NCBI RefSeq assembly: GCF_006345805.1
Contig: NW_021833796.1
Location: forward strand, 1 to 57,926
Source: Octopus sinensis
Taxonomy: Eukaryota
Reading direction: 5' to 3'
Length of the DNA: 57,926 bases
How positions within the stretch are numbered: the stretch's first letter is position 1; each line of letters begins with the position of its first letter. Under the pieces are notes generated by a model. It saw nothing but the letters and a program-made list of their open reading frames with translations, made no database searches and was not told the DNA's origin. Shown here one piece after another: positions 39,384-53,160 of this stretch. The position numbers and the translations under genes were made by a program.

Positions 39384-39976
39384 TATAATATTTACCGGAA
39401 AGAAAAGGGGATATTGCATCGCTTCAGATTGTCTTTTAGTTTGATTTTCAAGTGCAAGAGAGGCCTTTCAAATGACTTTCCTTTTAGGAATTAGCCAATG
39501 AGAAGTTGGTTTGGAATTCTGATATCGTTCATACGTGAGAGATGACCTAACAATCTAAGCTTCTCCTCAGTTCAAAGATTTGAGCAAAGTCGACCCTAAA
39601 ATCGAGACCAACTTTGTGCAAACATGAAAGTACGCTGACCAACTGCCGCTCCTCTAAATGAAAACATTACATTTTATTGTGTTTTTGTGGCACGGGCCAA
39701 TGTAAAACTTTCCCTCCACTCAAGAAAACACTTGGTAAATGATCCTTAAGCACACGTGCACATAGAATTCTCAGTTTGTTCCATTTACCAAAAGGCTTGG
39801 TACAAGAAAACCTCAAGAGACAGATGCGTGTCCATACAACATGATTACTGTTTTATTTACTGAACACTCATTTAACGTTCACGACGAGAGAATCTATTAT
39901 ATGTTAACCACCAGTCCTGTGTACACAACTCTGATGAGAATCCAGAATAGAAATGGAAAAAAAAGGTCGATTTCTG

Positions 39977-40017
<41 letters not shown>

Positions 40018-40241
40018 AACATATAGAAAAAGCCGTAAAGTATAGTTTTATGTAATACACAGCAGCCTTGCAAATACCTTACACAAAGCTGTATTATATT
40101 ATGTCCACCTTTACTGATATTTTCTCAAACATTTGTTATACAGAACTATATGTACATGTATTTGTGTATGTATAGATAGATATGTATATATTATATATGC
40201 ATACATACATACATATATATATATATATGCATATATATATA

Positions 40242-40299
<58 letters not shown>

Positions 40300-40319
40300 T
40301 ATATATATATGCATATATA

Positions 40320-40405
<86 letters not shown>

Positions 40406-40896
40406 TAATATGTATGTATGCATACTACAAGAAAATTCTAACTAAAATTGAATTCAACATTATTTTATAGTGATTAAACTATCGTAATTTATTTATCGAA
40501 GATGAAATTTTGACAAGAATGACTGACTTTATCATTTTTCGGTTTCTTAAAGTAATGATTAATATGGATAACATTACAATTGTACATGTTTGTGAGTAGG
40601 AAACGGCACAGAAATGAAACGCAACACCCTCTCCCCTCCAACACACACACACATCTAAATATATATATATATGCATGTATATCTGTAAGTGTGTGTATGT
40701 GTCTTATGTGTGTATGTACGTATTTAAGCATGTATGTATGTATAACATATGGATTCAGTTCAAGTACCGTGTAGGCCTACCAATCAGGAAATGTGAACAT
40801 AATACTGTTTATCGACTAAGATTTATTTGAGGAATCGGCAAGTTTAATATAATATATCCCACTTACCACCAGATTCATTTCTCGATATATACTCTA

Positions 40897-40964
<68 letters not shown>

Positions 40965-41529
40965 GCACACACACATACATACATACATACATACATACAT
41001 ACATGCATGCATGCATACATACATACATACAGGGCCTCTGCAAGTAATATGGTAAGGTGGAGTAAAACTGCTTCCGAGGAATGGAAGTTGTTGAGATATT
41101 CTCAAATTTCGTGATGGCTATAAGGTTTTTATTTTTACGGAAGTGCACATATATCATGTCCCTGACTGATATACCGATTGAACCCACCTTTTCCAAAGTC
41201 CACGTGTGTGTATGGGGGGTTGTTGTTGGGGCTGTTACGAAAGTGTGCACCTAAGTGCCTGATTTACAAGAAAAAGAATACTAAAAATACACCGTAAATA
41301 CTAGATTCCATCAAGCTGCGCGAATTAATACATATTTGCACTAACAAGGTAAAAACGAGCGTATCTCTTAACGTATTTTTGCATTGTAACCTTAATTTTT
41401 GTCTCACCCATAAGACCGTTTAAATCATGTTGACAAATTATGCAACGAACCGCTTTAAAGATCCCTCTAATATTTTAGTATCTCTGATTTGGAAATACCA
41501 AATGGGATAATGTTAGTGCTTACGAATCC

Positions 41530-41651
<122 letters not shown>

Positions 41652-41843
41652 TATAAGCATACTATACAGCGCTTGTACATTCCGTGTAAAGTTACATAAT
41701 ATTTTAAATGTCGGCATTGGACTGCCGGACAGTTATTTCATAAGTATTGTGAATATATATATATATATGTGTGTGTGTGTATACATACATACATACACAC
41801 ACATACATACATACATACATACATACATACATACATACATACA

Positions 41844-41875
<32 letters not shown>

Positions 41876-41880
41876 CATAC

Positions 41881-42430
41881 ATTCCAATAAACTTACAAAA
41901 TCCTTCTGTTATAGAATACATTCATAAACACCAACTCTAGGAATACTGGTGGAATATTCCCGCCGAAACCTTTGTGATATGCACAGATAACAGGCCGGAT
42001 ATTATTTGGGACAGGTGGACAAAGGTATGTACCATCATAGAGGTTAGCTGCCCTACAGATATAAATATCTCTCTTCAAATCAAAGAAAAAAAAAGAGGCT
42101 ATCTATGGATAACTGCTTCGAAGCCTCCAGCTTCTACATCTAGACTATGAATTCATATTCATACCAATAATAACTGGAGTGCTAGGCTTTGTTAGTAAAT
42201 GCTTAAAGGAGAATCTGGATAAGCTGAGATTCTCAGAAAGGGAAACAGACCGGCTGATTCGTACATTATAAGTCCAATCTGTGAGTGGAATAATAAAAAT
42301 ATGCAAGACTTTTCTCAAGTTCTAAATGTGTATTTGTCTGAGCTAACTACATCCCAAAGATAGAACCTTGTCTCTTTGTTGGAAACCGGCTGCCTCCTCA
42401 GTGGAAGATTTATGATAATTAAAAAATAGA
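41881..42430 (+). mobile_element. 5'-truncated RLE-type non-LTR retrotransposon (R4/Dong/NeSL-like) 3' end
   Basis: YWWNIP..DNRPDII-WDRWTKVCTIIEVSCPTDIN..KEK-..IYG*L..FIPIITGVLGFV..QSVSGIIKICKTFLKF* (stop 42323-42325): PD..E/D..K restriction-like endonuclease; follows (CATA)n. Confidence 0.85.
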
Positions 42431-42766
42431 AGAGACATATATAATACGAGTGAGTGGATAAGCGAAAGAAAATAATACACTCAACCTACTTGACAGAAGT
42501 TACATATATTTTTGATAACAGTTTGATTTAGCTGTATACGTCTTAAAGTTTCTTGAGTATCTTGGAAGGAGCCTTCCCATCAGATTCCAGTCATATGACT
42601 ATTCTTGATAAATGTGTTATGCAATAAATATTAAACGGTTACATAAAACGGGAAAATGTCTTGAGGTCTCTCAGCTTTTTGCCTGAATTACAAAAATAAT
42701 ACTAGTCTTTGAGATAATATATGTTCCCCACTGCGAAATAATTTACAATTAGCTTTTTAATTTCAG

Positions 42767-42840
42767 TTTGCATTTGATATATTTAAGTCTGACTTTCATT
42801 ATGATGATGATTTTGTCCTCGTTATTCAATTACTTGATGC
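42767..42840 (+). CDS. Candidate internal exon, 74 nt (FAFDIFKSDFHYDDDFVLVIQLLDA or xLHLIYLSLTFIMMMILSSLFNYLMx)
   Basis: TTTTTAATTTCAG acceptor, GC|GTAAGA donor, two open frames; no homologue recognised. Confidence 0.35.
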
Positions 42841-43950
42841 GTAAGACTTGTCAGTATCCACTGAGAATGATGCAGGTAATATCGTTATGTTTCTTCAAAA
42901 TGTAGAAGACCGAAACCATGACCATCAGCGTAGATTAATTCCAGCTGCCAATTTGTTGCAACAATGGCATTCAATTCAATATGGTCAGAGGCCTCTAGTT
43001 CCTTGCGCTTGATATTACTGACAGCATGAAAAAATTTCCAACACGCAACGGAAATGTCAATAGTACCTGTGACATACTTCAAAACATCTAGCAGTCAAGT
43101 ATTTCAAAGTTACCATGATCGTCCTTTTATTCTTCTCCGGGGAGTTGAAACCAGACTTTTGAAGATTGATTATGTAAACCAAGATTTTCACAAGGGCTCA
43201 AAATATCTCATGGCATGAGTGTAAGATCAAAGAAAAGATTTGTGGACACGTATACCATTGTTGCTCAACGCATGATAGGTTTCGCTGGTCGTTCCTTTCA
43301 TGATGAACAACAAGCTATTTCAGATGCTATATTTGAGGACAAAAACCCACTAACAGAATACGAAGACCAGCTACATTTATGTCATGGTCTGAAACACAAC
43401 ATAAAACCGAAGTTCTACCAGAGCTAAAAGGGTCAGAAATTTCTGGTGTAGTATTGTGAAGTGCGTCTTGGTTGCATCCACCTGGAAAAGAATCATTAAA
43501 TATGATTACACTCACATAAGATATATTAAATATCATAGATGGGAAATTCTGTATTTCTTAATACTTTTTGCTCTGGTAGAAAGAAGACAAATATCAAGCA
43601 GCAGTTTCAAATTTCTCTGAAGGTTAAGGTGGGATAATCTGAAAACATTAACAGTATTATTGAATTAGCAAAGCAAGTAGGAAAACACACCGTGTTTTAC
43701 TGGATGCAAGAGATGAAAGCTGCAAACGTGTTTCTTCTGTTTTTACACGAATAGGTGCCAGTACAAATTCATCCAGCCTCTTGTCCTCCACAAGATAAAA
43801 AACCTAGTCATATACAAAAAGGATAAAATATGTATGCGTATGTATTTTTTATATTGCTGAAGTCCTAAGAATTTCATACACTTTAGAAGATTTACAAAAC
43901 TCTTATAAGATCAACAATATACAACAGGAAAATAAATTAGAAAAATTGTT

Positions 43951-43998
43951 TAAGTTCAATGGTACTGTATCAGCATAGGATGTGGGTTCGTATCCCAC
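43951..43998 (+). other. tRNA-like relic (D-arm/A-box-like plus intact T-arm)
   Basis: AAGTTCAATGGTA followed by GTGGG-TTCGTAT-CCCAC; no complete cloverleaf. Confidence 0.3.
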
Positions 43999-44255
43999 GG
44001 ACAGCCGTCGAAGTTTACTATCTAAACGTGTTTTTCAACCCAATATTTACATACTGCTCTTTTCAGCTGTATATGATGTGATTCGAGAATTATTAGATCA
44101 AACAAAGGTTTACATATATAAGTTTACATATGTACGTACGTATGTATGTTTGTGCATATATATAAATACATAGAGATAGATAGACGGACAAACATACAGA
44201 CAGAGGGACGAACGGACGGGTGGATGGATTGATAGATAGACAGACAGACACACAT

Positions 44256-44361
<106 letters not shown>

Positions 44362-44394
44362 AGATAGATAGGTACACAGACAGAGACAGACTGA

Positions 44395-44464
<70 letters not shown>

Positions 44465-44465
44465 T

Positions 44466-44700
44466 CTGATTAATGAGATTAAACATTTATTCGATCTAAA
44501 TTAATCAATATTCAATACTTATTCCTCGTGAAACAGCTGTTGAGAGTAACTAAATTATGAAATTTATGCTTTTCCGCTCTTTATACTCTGTGTGTGTAAA
44601 TGTGTGTGTGTGTATGTGTGTGTGTGTGTCTGGCAAAGCATACATTTCCCTGATATTTCATTATATTATTACTTTCAACAGCTGTTTCATGAGGAATAAA
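44466..44700. mobile_element. Tail-to-tail inverted pair of hammerhead-like short elements between (TAG)n and (CATA)n
   Basis: Plus strand CTGATTA-ATGAG..CTCGT-GAAA-CAGCTG-TT (44466-44541); inverted copy AACAGCTGTTTCATGAGGAATAAA (44677-44700). Confidence 0.75.
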
Positions 44701-45330
44701 CATCTATATACCTACATACATGCGTACGCACGCATATACATACATAACACACATACATACATATATACATACATACATACATACATACATACATACATAC
44801 ATACATACATACATACACACAGGCATACATACATTCATATATATATATATGTGTGTGTGTGTGTGCGTAAATAGTTGAGTGTATTTTTCCTTTGTTAGCA
44901 ATTAACAGGAAAGGCAAGGAATTCTTCTTCTCTGTAATTCTGAACTATTTTTTTTATTCTTTTTTCTAAAAATTCCCTTGTAAACACGGTTATAGAGCGT
45001 GCATACCGATGTAAACATTGGCAGAAACACACCTTTAGTTCGTATAAGTGATCTCTATCATTATATATAATTTAAACATTAATTTTCTTCTTATATTTCA
45101 CATTCACTTAATATATATTTTTCCTAGTCTATAAGGTTTTATTTAATATACATATAGTCATATACTTCTCATTTATTTAGTTTTTCTTTACTTTATCCCT
45201 CCTCTTTCTATAGGCTACCTCTGACGTTATATCCTATAACGTTTTTTGAAACAATATTAAGAGCGTTCAGTTAATAACTATACATATCAATCATTTTCTG
45301 TTAAAATGTCTTATTGTCGAGTTTCATTTC

Positions 45331-45424
45331 TTCACTTCTCTGAAGAGAAGATTACATTGTTTTACATAATTCTATTCCTTTGGAATAATACAAGTGATAT
45401 CTTCGAAACATATGTCGGAATGAA
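45331..45424 (+). ncRNA. Intact minimal type I hammerhead ribozyme motif
   Basis: Stem I TTCA(C)TTCT/GGAATGAA, core CTGAAGA (45340-45346), stem II GAAGAT/ATCTTC with extension, GAAA (45405-45408), palindromic ACATATGT, GUC site with cut after 45416. Confidence 0.88.
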
Positions 45425-46339
45425 AAGAATTTATATAACACCTGCGTTTAACTTCATCTATATATATATTATATATTATATATATATGTATGTATATATA
45501 TGTGTGTGTATATATATATATGTATATATTGATATACATGCGGGGTTGTCTATATGTTTTTATACAAACTTGGACGCGCGTATGTATGCATAAATATGTG
45601 TGTGAATGTGTGTGAAAATTGTTTAAGAAGAAAAATGAAAACAAAAACAACCAAAGAGAGCAAAACAATTGTGGAATCAGGAAAATAGTTGTGCTTACTG
45701 AATCAGCAGAGCAACAGTTTTAATTGAGTGATACACAGATAAGGAAGGAGTAAGAGGAGATATGTGTGTGTTTGTAAGAGTGTCTGCATACACGTGTGGT
45801 TATATGTTATATATAACCGCACATATGTGGTTATATGTGAGTACGCGTATACATATGTTTGTATATGTATATAGAGAAGTGTCTGTATGTAGTGTTTATA
45901 GATGTGTGAATGTTTTCTGTTTATATTTATCAGATATTATGTCGTTTTGGTGGCTAAACAAAACCTACCAACTACCTTTAAGTACTGAATTTCAATCCAC
46001 CAGATCCTGGTAAGTGATCGCAGCCGGATGTCTTGTTTCGGTTACTGCGACAATCGCGTTGACAAGCTGCAAATAATCGGTATAATATCTCTTTGATGAA
46101 ACCATAAACTGGTAAGGTTCCTGATATGAAAACACACCACTCAGTTTACAGTGTCTGTTGGTGCTAATCTGCACGGTTTTCTTCAACATAGTGCAAGGTG
46201 GTGTCTGTAAAATAATCCGATTGCCGATTCTCGTTGATTATCCTAGCTACTGCGGATGTTTTTGCTGATATATTACCGGTTCATGCATGTATTTGCGCAC
46301 TTACGAGTAAAAATGTATGCGTGTATACGTATACATACA

Positions 46340-46372
<33 letters not shown>

Positions 46373-46512
46373 GTATAAATACATACATACATACATATAT
46401 ACATACATATATACATATATATTTATATACATATATACATATGTGTATACACACATATATATGTATATATGCATTTATATACATAAACATATATATATAT
46501 ATATACATACAC

Positions 46513-46543
<31 letters not shown>

Positions 46544-47149
46544 TATACACACACACACACAAAGGTGTATGTGTGTGTATTTATTATAATGTGTTTGTGT
46601 AAGCGTTTAGTACATGTTTGTAACATGTATGTTTTATTATGTAAGTGTTAGTGTGCTTACGTGATGTGCATGCGTGTAAATCGAGTATTCCGTGTTTAAA
46701 TATATAAAAATACAAAAAAAGGGGAAACTACGTGTTCCTCTTTTTCATCGGATGTTTCCCCTCAATTTATCTGTTGAAGCTATTTAAAACTGTGTGCTTA
46801 TATGTCTCATAGCTGCGCTAGTTTGTGTATAAGTGTATGTATAAATGTGTAGTAAGATGTATATGTACTTTTACTTGATATGAATGTTAGTGCTTTATTT
46901 TAGATGTATTTTGGGTTACACAACAACTTGTATCCTTTCTTGCATTGAATTACATTCTAAAAATGTCATCGAGATGTCAACGCCCTAAGGTGCTTAACAA
47001 GCCCCAGATATACTAATTCGAGCCTACACATATCGCGAGCGCTTTTCATTAGGAAGGCACCAAGACCACAATATTCTGTCTTTACTACCAAATATTTCAT
47101 AACACGCTAGATGTATTCAAGAAAACTACGATTATGAGACTGTGTGCGT

Positions 47150-47171
47150 GTATATATATATATATATATAC

Positions 47172-47220
<49 letters not shown>

Positions 47221-47381
47221 TGAGAGAGAGGTAGGAGTGACTGTATGGTAAGTAGCTTGTTTACCAACCACATGGTTCCGGGTTCAGTCCCACTGCGTGG
47301 CACCCTTGGACAAGTGTCTTCTACAAAGCCTTGTGAGTGGATTTGGTTGACGGTAACTGAAGGAAGCCCGTCGTATATATG

Positions 47382-47412
<31 letters not shown>

Positions 47413-47432
47413 ATCAACAAACACGCACGCAC

Positions 47433-47465
<33 letters not shown>

Positions 47466-48480
47466 GATATATATTATTTTGCACGTTATGCAAAAGAATG
47501 CCATGTATTTGCCGATAAGTAGTAAAACTATAACAACAGATATAACTAATTAATAAAGAAAATCCAGCATAAAATATACATAAATACAATAAAAAATAAC
47601 TGATTCCGCAAAGGAGCCACATAAATGAATAAACATAACTTTAAAAATTAATCATAAATCATTAAAAAAAAAATTTATAAATACTCCTAGATGAAATTAA
47701 GACCGAAACAGTAACAAGTAAAAATGTATATATTACAGATATAATAACTATATGTGGGTGTGTATATGCATGTATGTGCACCTGTGCTTTTGTATGCATG
47801 TGTGTGTATTCATTTGTGTGTATGCACGTGAGTATATGTGCACGTGCGTGTGCTTAAATTTTAAAAAAATATTAAATAAAAGCCGATGTTCTCGGTTGAC
47901 ATCTGATCGCTAAGATTAAAGTTGCATTGAAATTTAGGATGTTCTGAAAGATGAGGAATTCATTTAAACACCACCAAAAACCCATTTTTGTACCAATCAG
48001 ATACATCCTAGCTAAATCGTCATATTATGTTGTTGTTTTTTTATAATTTATTTTTATATATTTTTATTTCGTTTATTTTTAACTCTTTTTTTCTTTTTCT
48101 TTTATTTTACACAACGGGGACGTGCTGTCGTGATGTGTGAGTAAAAACAAATAATAATAATTGTTAGATATAATCTGTATTCCTACAACCATCACCGCTG
48201 TTAGTATTACTACCTGTGTCAGCGTCCCCATCCTAATGCCACCACCACCGCTACCACCACCACCATCATCACTACCATCAACCGCATAACATTCATCAAC
48301 CTATTTTTTCTACGCCCACATTTTCCACTTCAACACACCCACACACACCCAAAATGTGATATGAAAGTGTCAAATGGGAAATGACACACCCTCGTCATTT
48401 CTTACTTTTTTATTTCTTTAGTTCTCTCTCTTTCTTTTTTTTTCTCTCTCTCTCCCTTGCGCTCTGTCCATGTATATATA

Positions 48481-48528
<48 letters not shown>

Positions 48529-49794
48529 TGAGAGAGAGGTAGGAGTGACTGTATGGTAAGTAGCTTGTTTACCAACCACATGGTTCCGGGTTCAGTCCCA
48601 TGCGTGGCACCCTTGGACAAGTGTCTTCTACAAAGCCTTGTGAGTGGATTTGGTTGACGGTAACTGAAGAAGCCCGTCGTATATATGTATATATATTATA
48701 TGTGTGTGTGTGTGTGTATCAACAAACACGCACGCACACACGCACACACACACACACACACACCACACACAGATATATATTATTTTGCACGTTATGCAAA
48801 AGAATGCCATGTATTTGCCGATAAGTAGTAAAACTATAACAACAGATATAACTAATTAATAAAGAAAATCCAGCATAAAATATACATAAATACAATAAAA
48901 AATAACTGATTCCGCAAAGGAGCCACATAAATGAATAAACATAACTTTAAAAATTAATCATAAATCATTAAAAAAAAAATTTATAAATACTCCTAGATGA
49001 AATTAAGACCGAAACAGTAACAAGTAAAAATGTATATATTACAGATATAATAACTATATGTGGGTGTGTATATGCATGTATGTGCACCTGTGCTTTTGTA
49101 TGCATGTGTGTGTATTCATTTGTGTGTATGCACGTGAGTATATGTGCACGTGCGTGTGCTTAAATTTTAAAAAAATATTAAATAAAAGCCGATGTTCTCG
49201 GTTGACATCTGATCGCTAAGATTAAAGTTGCATTGAAATTTAGGATGTTCTGAAAGATGAGGAATTCATTTAAACACCACCAAAAACCCATTTTTGTACC
49301 AATCAGATACATCCTAGCTAAATCGTCATATTATGTTGTTGTTTTTTATAATTTATTTTTATATTTTTATTTCGTTTATTTTTAACTCTTTTTTTCTTTT
49401 TCTTTTATTTTACACAACGGGGACGTGCTGTCGTGATGTGTGAGTAAAAACAAATAATAATAATTGTTAGATATAATCTGTATTCCTACAACCATCACCG
49501 CTGTTAGTATTACTACCTGTGTCAGCGTCCCCATCCTAATGCCACCACCACCGCTACCACCACCACCATCATCACTACCATCAACCGCATAACATTCATC
49601 AACCTATTTTTTCTACGCCCACATTTTCCACTTCAACACACCCACACCACACCCAAAATGTGATATGAAAGTGTCAAATGGGAAATGACACACCCTCGTC
49701 ATTTCTTACTTTTTTATTTCTTTAGTTCTCTCTCTTTCTTTTTTTTTCTCTCTCTCTCCCTTGCGCTCTGTCCATGTATATATATGTATATATA

Positions 49795-49880
<86 letters not shown>
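47150..49880 (+). repeat. Near-identical tandem duplication (TA)n-V-(TA)n-V-(TA)n, period about 1.31 kb; each unit starts with a SINE A head
   Basis: GTAGGAGTGACTGTATGG at 47231 and 48539; both heads share the same internal deletion (GTCTTCTAC|AAAGCC). Confidence 0.97.
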
Positions 49881-50250
49881 GCTGGAGCACCACCTTAAAG
49901 GATGTTAGTCGAAGAAATCGCCCGTAGGACTTATTTTTGTAACCCTAGTACTTATATTATCGCTCACTTTTGCTGAAGTTACAGGGAAATAGACACACGA
50001 ATATTGGTCGTCAAGTGATGGTGGGGGGACACAACACACACACACAAACATATATATATGTGTGTGTGTATGTATATATATATATATATATACGACGGGC
50101 TTCTTTCAGTTTCCGTATACCAAATCCACTCGTAAGGTTTTGGTCGCCCAATGGTTATAGTAGGAGACACTTGCTCAAGGTGCCACGCAGTGGGACTGAA
50201 CTCGAAGTCATGTGGTCGGGGTGTAAGCTTCTTACCACATAGCTACGCCA
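49881..50250 (-). mobile_element. SINE family A, diverged
   Basis: GCTGGAGCACCACCTT..TACGACGGGCTTCTTTCAGTTTCC..CTTACCACATAGCTACGCC. Confidence 0.88.
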
Positions 50251-52141
50251 TATATATTAGTGTTTGTTTTTATGTTCTGTTGTAACGAAAACTATTTTGC
50301 ATTAATCTGTACACTTTTAAAGAGTACAAATTTATTATTGTTGACTGTAACTTCAAAGTTTCGGCCAGTTAATCTTGGCTTTATGTAGTCTCTGTTGAGT
50401 TAAAATCTGATTCATTGGATATACGGGTTCGAGTGGAAGAGTAATTAGGTTTTAGGTTAAGTAGTTATGGAGCGGTGTTTTATTGATTACATTTCGATTA
50501 ATTGTTTAGGAGGTTTTCATATATGTAGAACTTTATAAACTGGTATGCATACTTACATATGTCGCTTTTTGGTAAGTAGGTATGGGATGTGCCAACAGTT
50601 TTAGCTATTTTGGGTTTTATCGGATTTGATCCTTTGATTTGATAATGGAAAGTTCAAATGTCCAAAGTTTAGTTCAGAATTTAAGAACGTAGTGATAGAC
50701 TGTGTAAGCAATTTTATTAACTGAATTTCTTTAAGAGTTAGCAAAAAAATATAAGTAGGCGGTATGTTTTAGCTGGTCAGTTTCTCTGCTTGTTGTGATT
50801 TAGAATATTTCCTGCTTTTATTTGGAAGGTAGAAATTGTTAGTTGAGCATGTCATTTGATTAATCAAATTGCTTAAAGAACAATGAACCCCTAGAGAGAA
50901 ATATACAGGCCAACAACCTTTATACCTAACCACATCATTTTGTGAACATTAAGGCACAGGTTAAACAAATGTGTGAAAACCTACTTTTGATTAGCTGATA
51001 TGGAAACAGCCTTGCTTCCAAACGGACACCACACCATAGATATTTACGCATTCTACTGTGATATCCACCATGTTGGCCAGAGAAGAAAGTGAGAGAAGTC
51101 ACCTCCTTTAAACTTGAGTAAAACCTGACGATCCCGTCTTCCCGGTAGGCTGGAAATCTTGAGCAGCCCTTTCGAAAGTTACCTAGAATTACATATTTTA
51201 TTACCCTGTATACCTCCGGTCATTTTCTACGAGTATCTTATTAACTGAAAATGTGAAAGGTATCTTTCCGATTTCTTTCCCCTATTGTTTCGTATTATAT
51301 ATGTTTCAAGAGATTTATTGTTTTTGTATCCTAATGCGAGCTAAGTGAATGTTATTGGGGACTGAACTTATATCAAAAATACGGCTTTCTATGAAATTGT
51401 TATTACTCTTCATTATTTCATATAGTGACGTATCAAGTTCACACAAACTTTTATATAGACCATATCCACAAAGCGGATGAAGACTTTACAAATAACTTCC
51501 TATATGCACTTGTATAATAGAACATTCTATTTGACATTGTTCAATATTCAGAGAATCCGTTGTTTAGTTAGTATCTATATCATTGCAAAATTGCATTACG
51601 CTGAGACACTTCAAAGTAATTTATCATATCTCCTAACTAGTCTCGCCTTTCAAGTACTTTAAAGCGTAGACTAAGTGTGTTAAAGACTAGGGTAATTACT
51701 TACACGTTCATAATTCCCACCTCAAACACTTTCTTTCGTCTTTTTCACTTTTATTTCAAGATATCAGAAGACGTTCCTATATTTTCATTCACAGAATCGC
51801 ATACTCATTCTCTGTACTTGTGTACCGACAAGTTCTCTTCCTTTCTCCCTCTCTCTCAGTCACCATCTCTCTCTGCACCCCCCCACTTTCTCTATCTATC
51901 TGACTTCCTTTTTTTCATGTCTGCCTCTCCTCTTTTGCTACCTGCCCTTCAATCCACTATGTTATATGCATTTGAACAAAACTCTCTGTTCCCTTCTCTC
52001 TTATATTGTTATATGTGTGTGTGTGTGTGCGTGTGTGTGTATGTGTCTGTGTGTGTACGTGTCTGTGTGTGTCTGTGTGTATATGTATTACGCATGTATG
52101 TATATATATATATATATATTTATTTACACACGCACACACAT

Positions 52142-52182
<41 letters not shown>

Positions 52183-52185
52183 CAC

Positions 52186-52597
52186 TTTTACTCTTTTACT
52201 TGTTTCAGTCATTTGACTACAGCCATGCTGGAGCAGCGCCTTTAGTCGAGCAAACTGACCCCAGGACTTATTCTTTGTAAGCCTAGTACTTATTCTATCG
52301 GTCTCTTTTGTCGAACCGCTAAGTTACGGGGACGTAAACACACCAGCATCGGTTGTCAAGCGATGCTGAGGGACATACAGAGACACAGACAGATAGACAC
52401 AGACACACACACATGTATATATATATATGTATACGACGGGCTTCTTTCAGTTTCCGTTTACCAAATCCACATACAAGGATTTGGTCGGCTCGAGGATATA
52501 GTAGAAGACACTTGCTCAAGGTGCGACGCAGTGGGACTGAATTCGGAACCATGTCGTTGGTAAGCAAGCTACTTACCACACAGCCACTCTTGCACCT
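52186..52597 (-). mobile_element. SINE family A inserted in a (GATA)n array
   Basis: Full head, core and tail; (GATA)n on both sides (52143-52182, 52598-52693). Confidence 0.93.
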
Positions 52598-52599
52598 AT

Positions 52600-52694
<95 letters not shown>

Positions 52695-52740
52695 CCAATA
52701 AAAGTAGAACAAATAAAAATGTACTCCATCCAGTGAGAGA

Positions 52741-52862
52741 TAAATACACAACCTAAAGAGTTACTAATAGTTTCGTGATTTTATGATACTTAAACAGGCA
52801 TATATATGAAATACGCCTGCAAGATTATATCTCCAAACAATCTTGCATGCTCTGAGTATGCG
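52741..52862 (-). mobile_element. Inverted PLE 3' terminal (pseudo-LTR-like) segment, homologous to 54372-54484
   Basis: Minus strand ..AAGATTGTTTGGAGATA..ATATGCCTGTTTAAGTATCATAAAATCACGAAACTATTAGTAACTCTTTAGGTTGTGT aligns with the plus strand 54372-54484. Confidence 0.85.
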
Positions 52863-52869
52863 TTATATA

Positions 52870-53074
52870 TAATACAGTTCTATATTTAAGAGATGAGGAA
52901 TTATGTACATCATTAACCTGATTTACATTTGACGGATATTTATCCTCATCCTGTTTGTTGTTAACACAATGTTTTGGCTGATATACCCTCCAGCCTTCAT
53001 CAGGTGTCTTGGGGAAATTTCGAACCTGTGTTCTCATTTCTAAGGTATTTTTCGATGTTGCTGTTGTTGTTGTT

Positions 53075-53160
<86 letters not shown>

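Noticed and set aside
39931-39975. CTGATGA followed by GAAA
   Set aside because: No stem II pairing and no stem I partner
40860-40900. Minus-strand GTG|GTAAGT donor
   Set aside because: Upstream sequence is a purine (GA)n tract, so no plausible acceptor
51125-51185. CTGACGA...CGAAAG
   Set aside because: Stem II ends do not pair and there is no stem I or III
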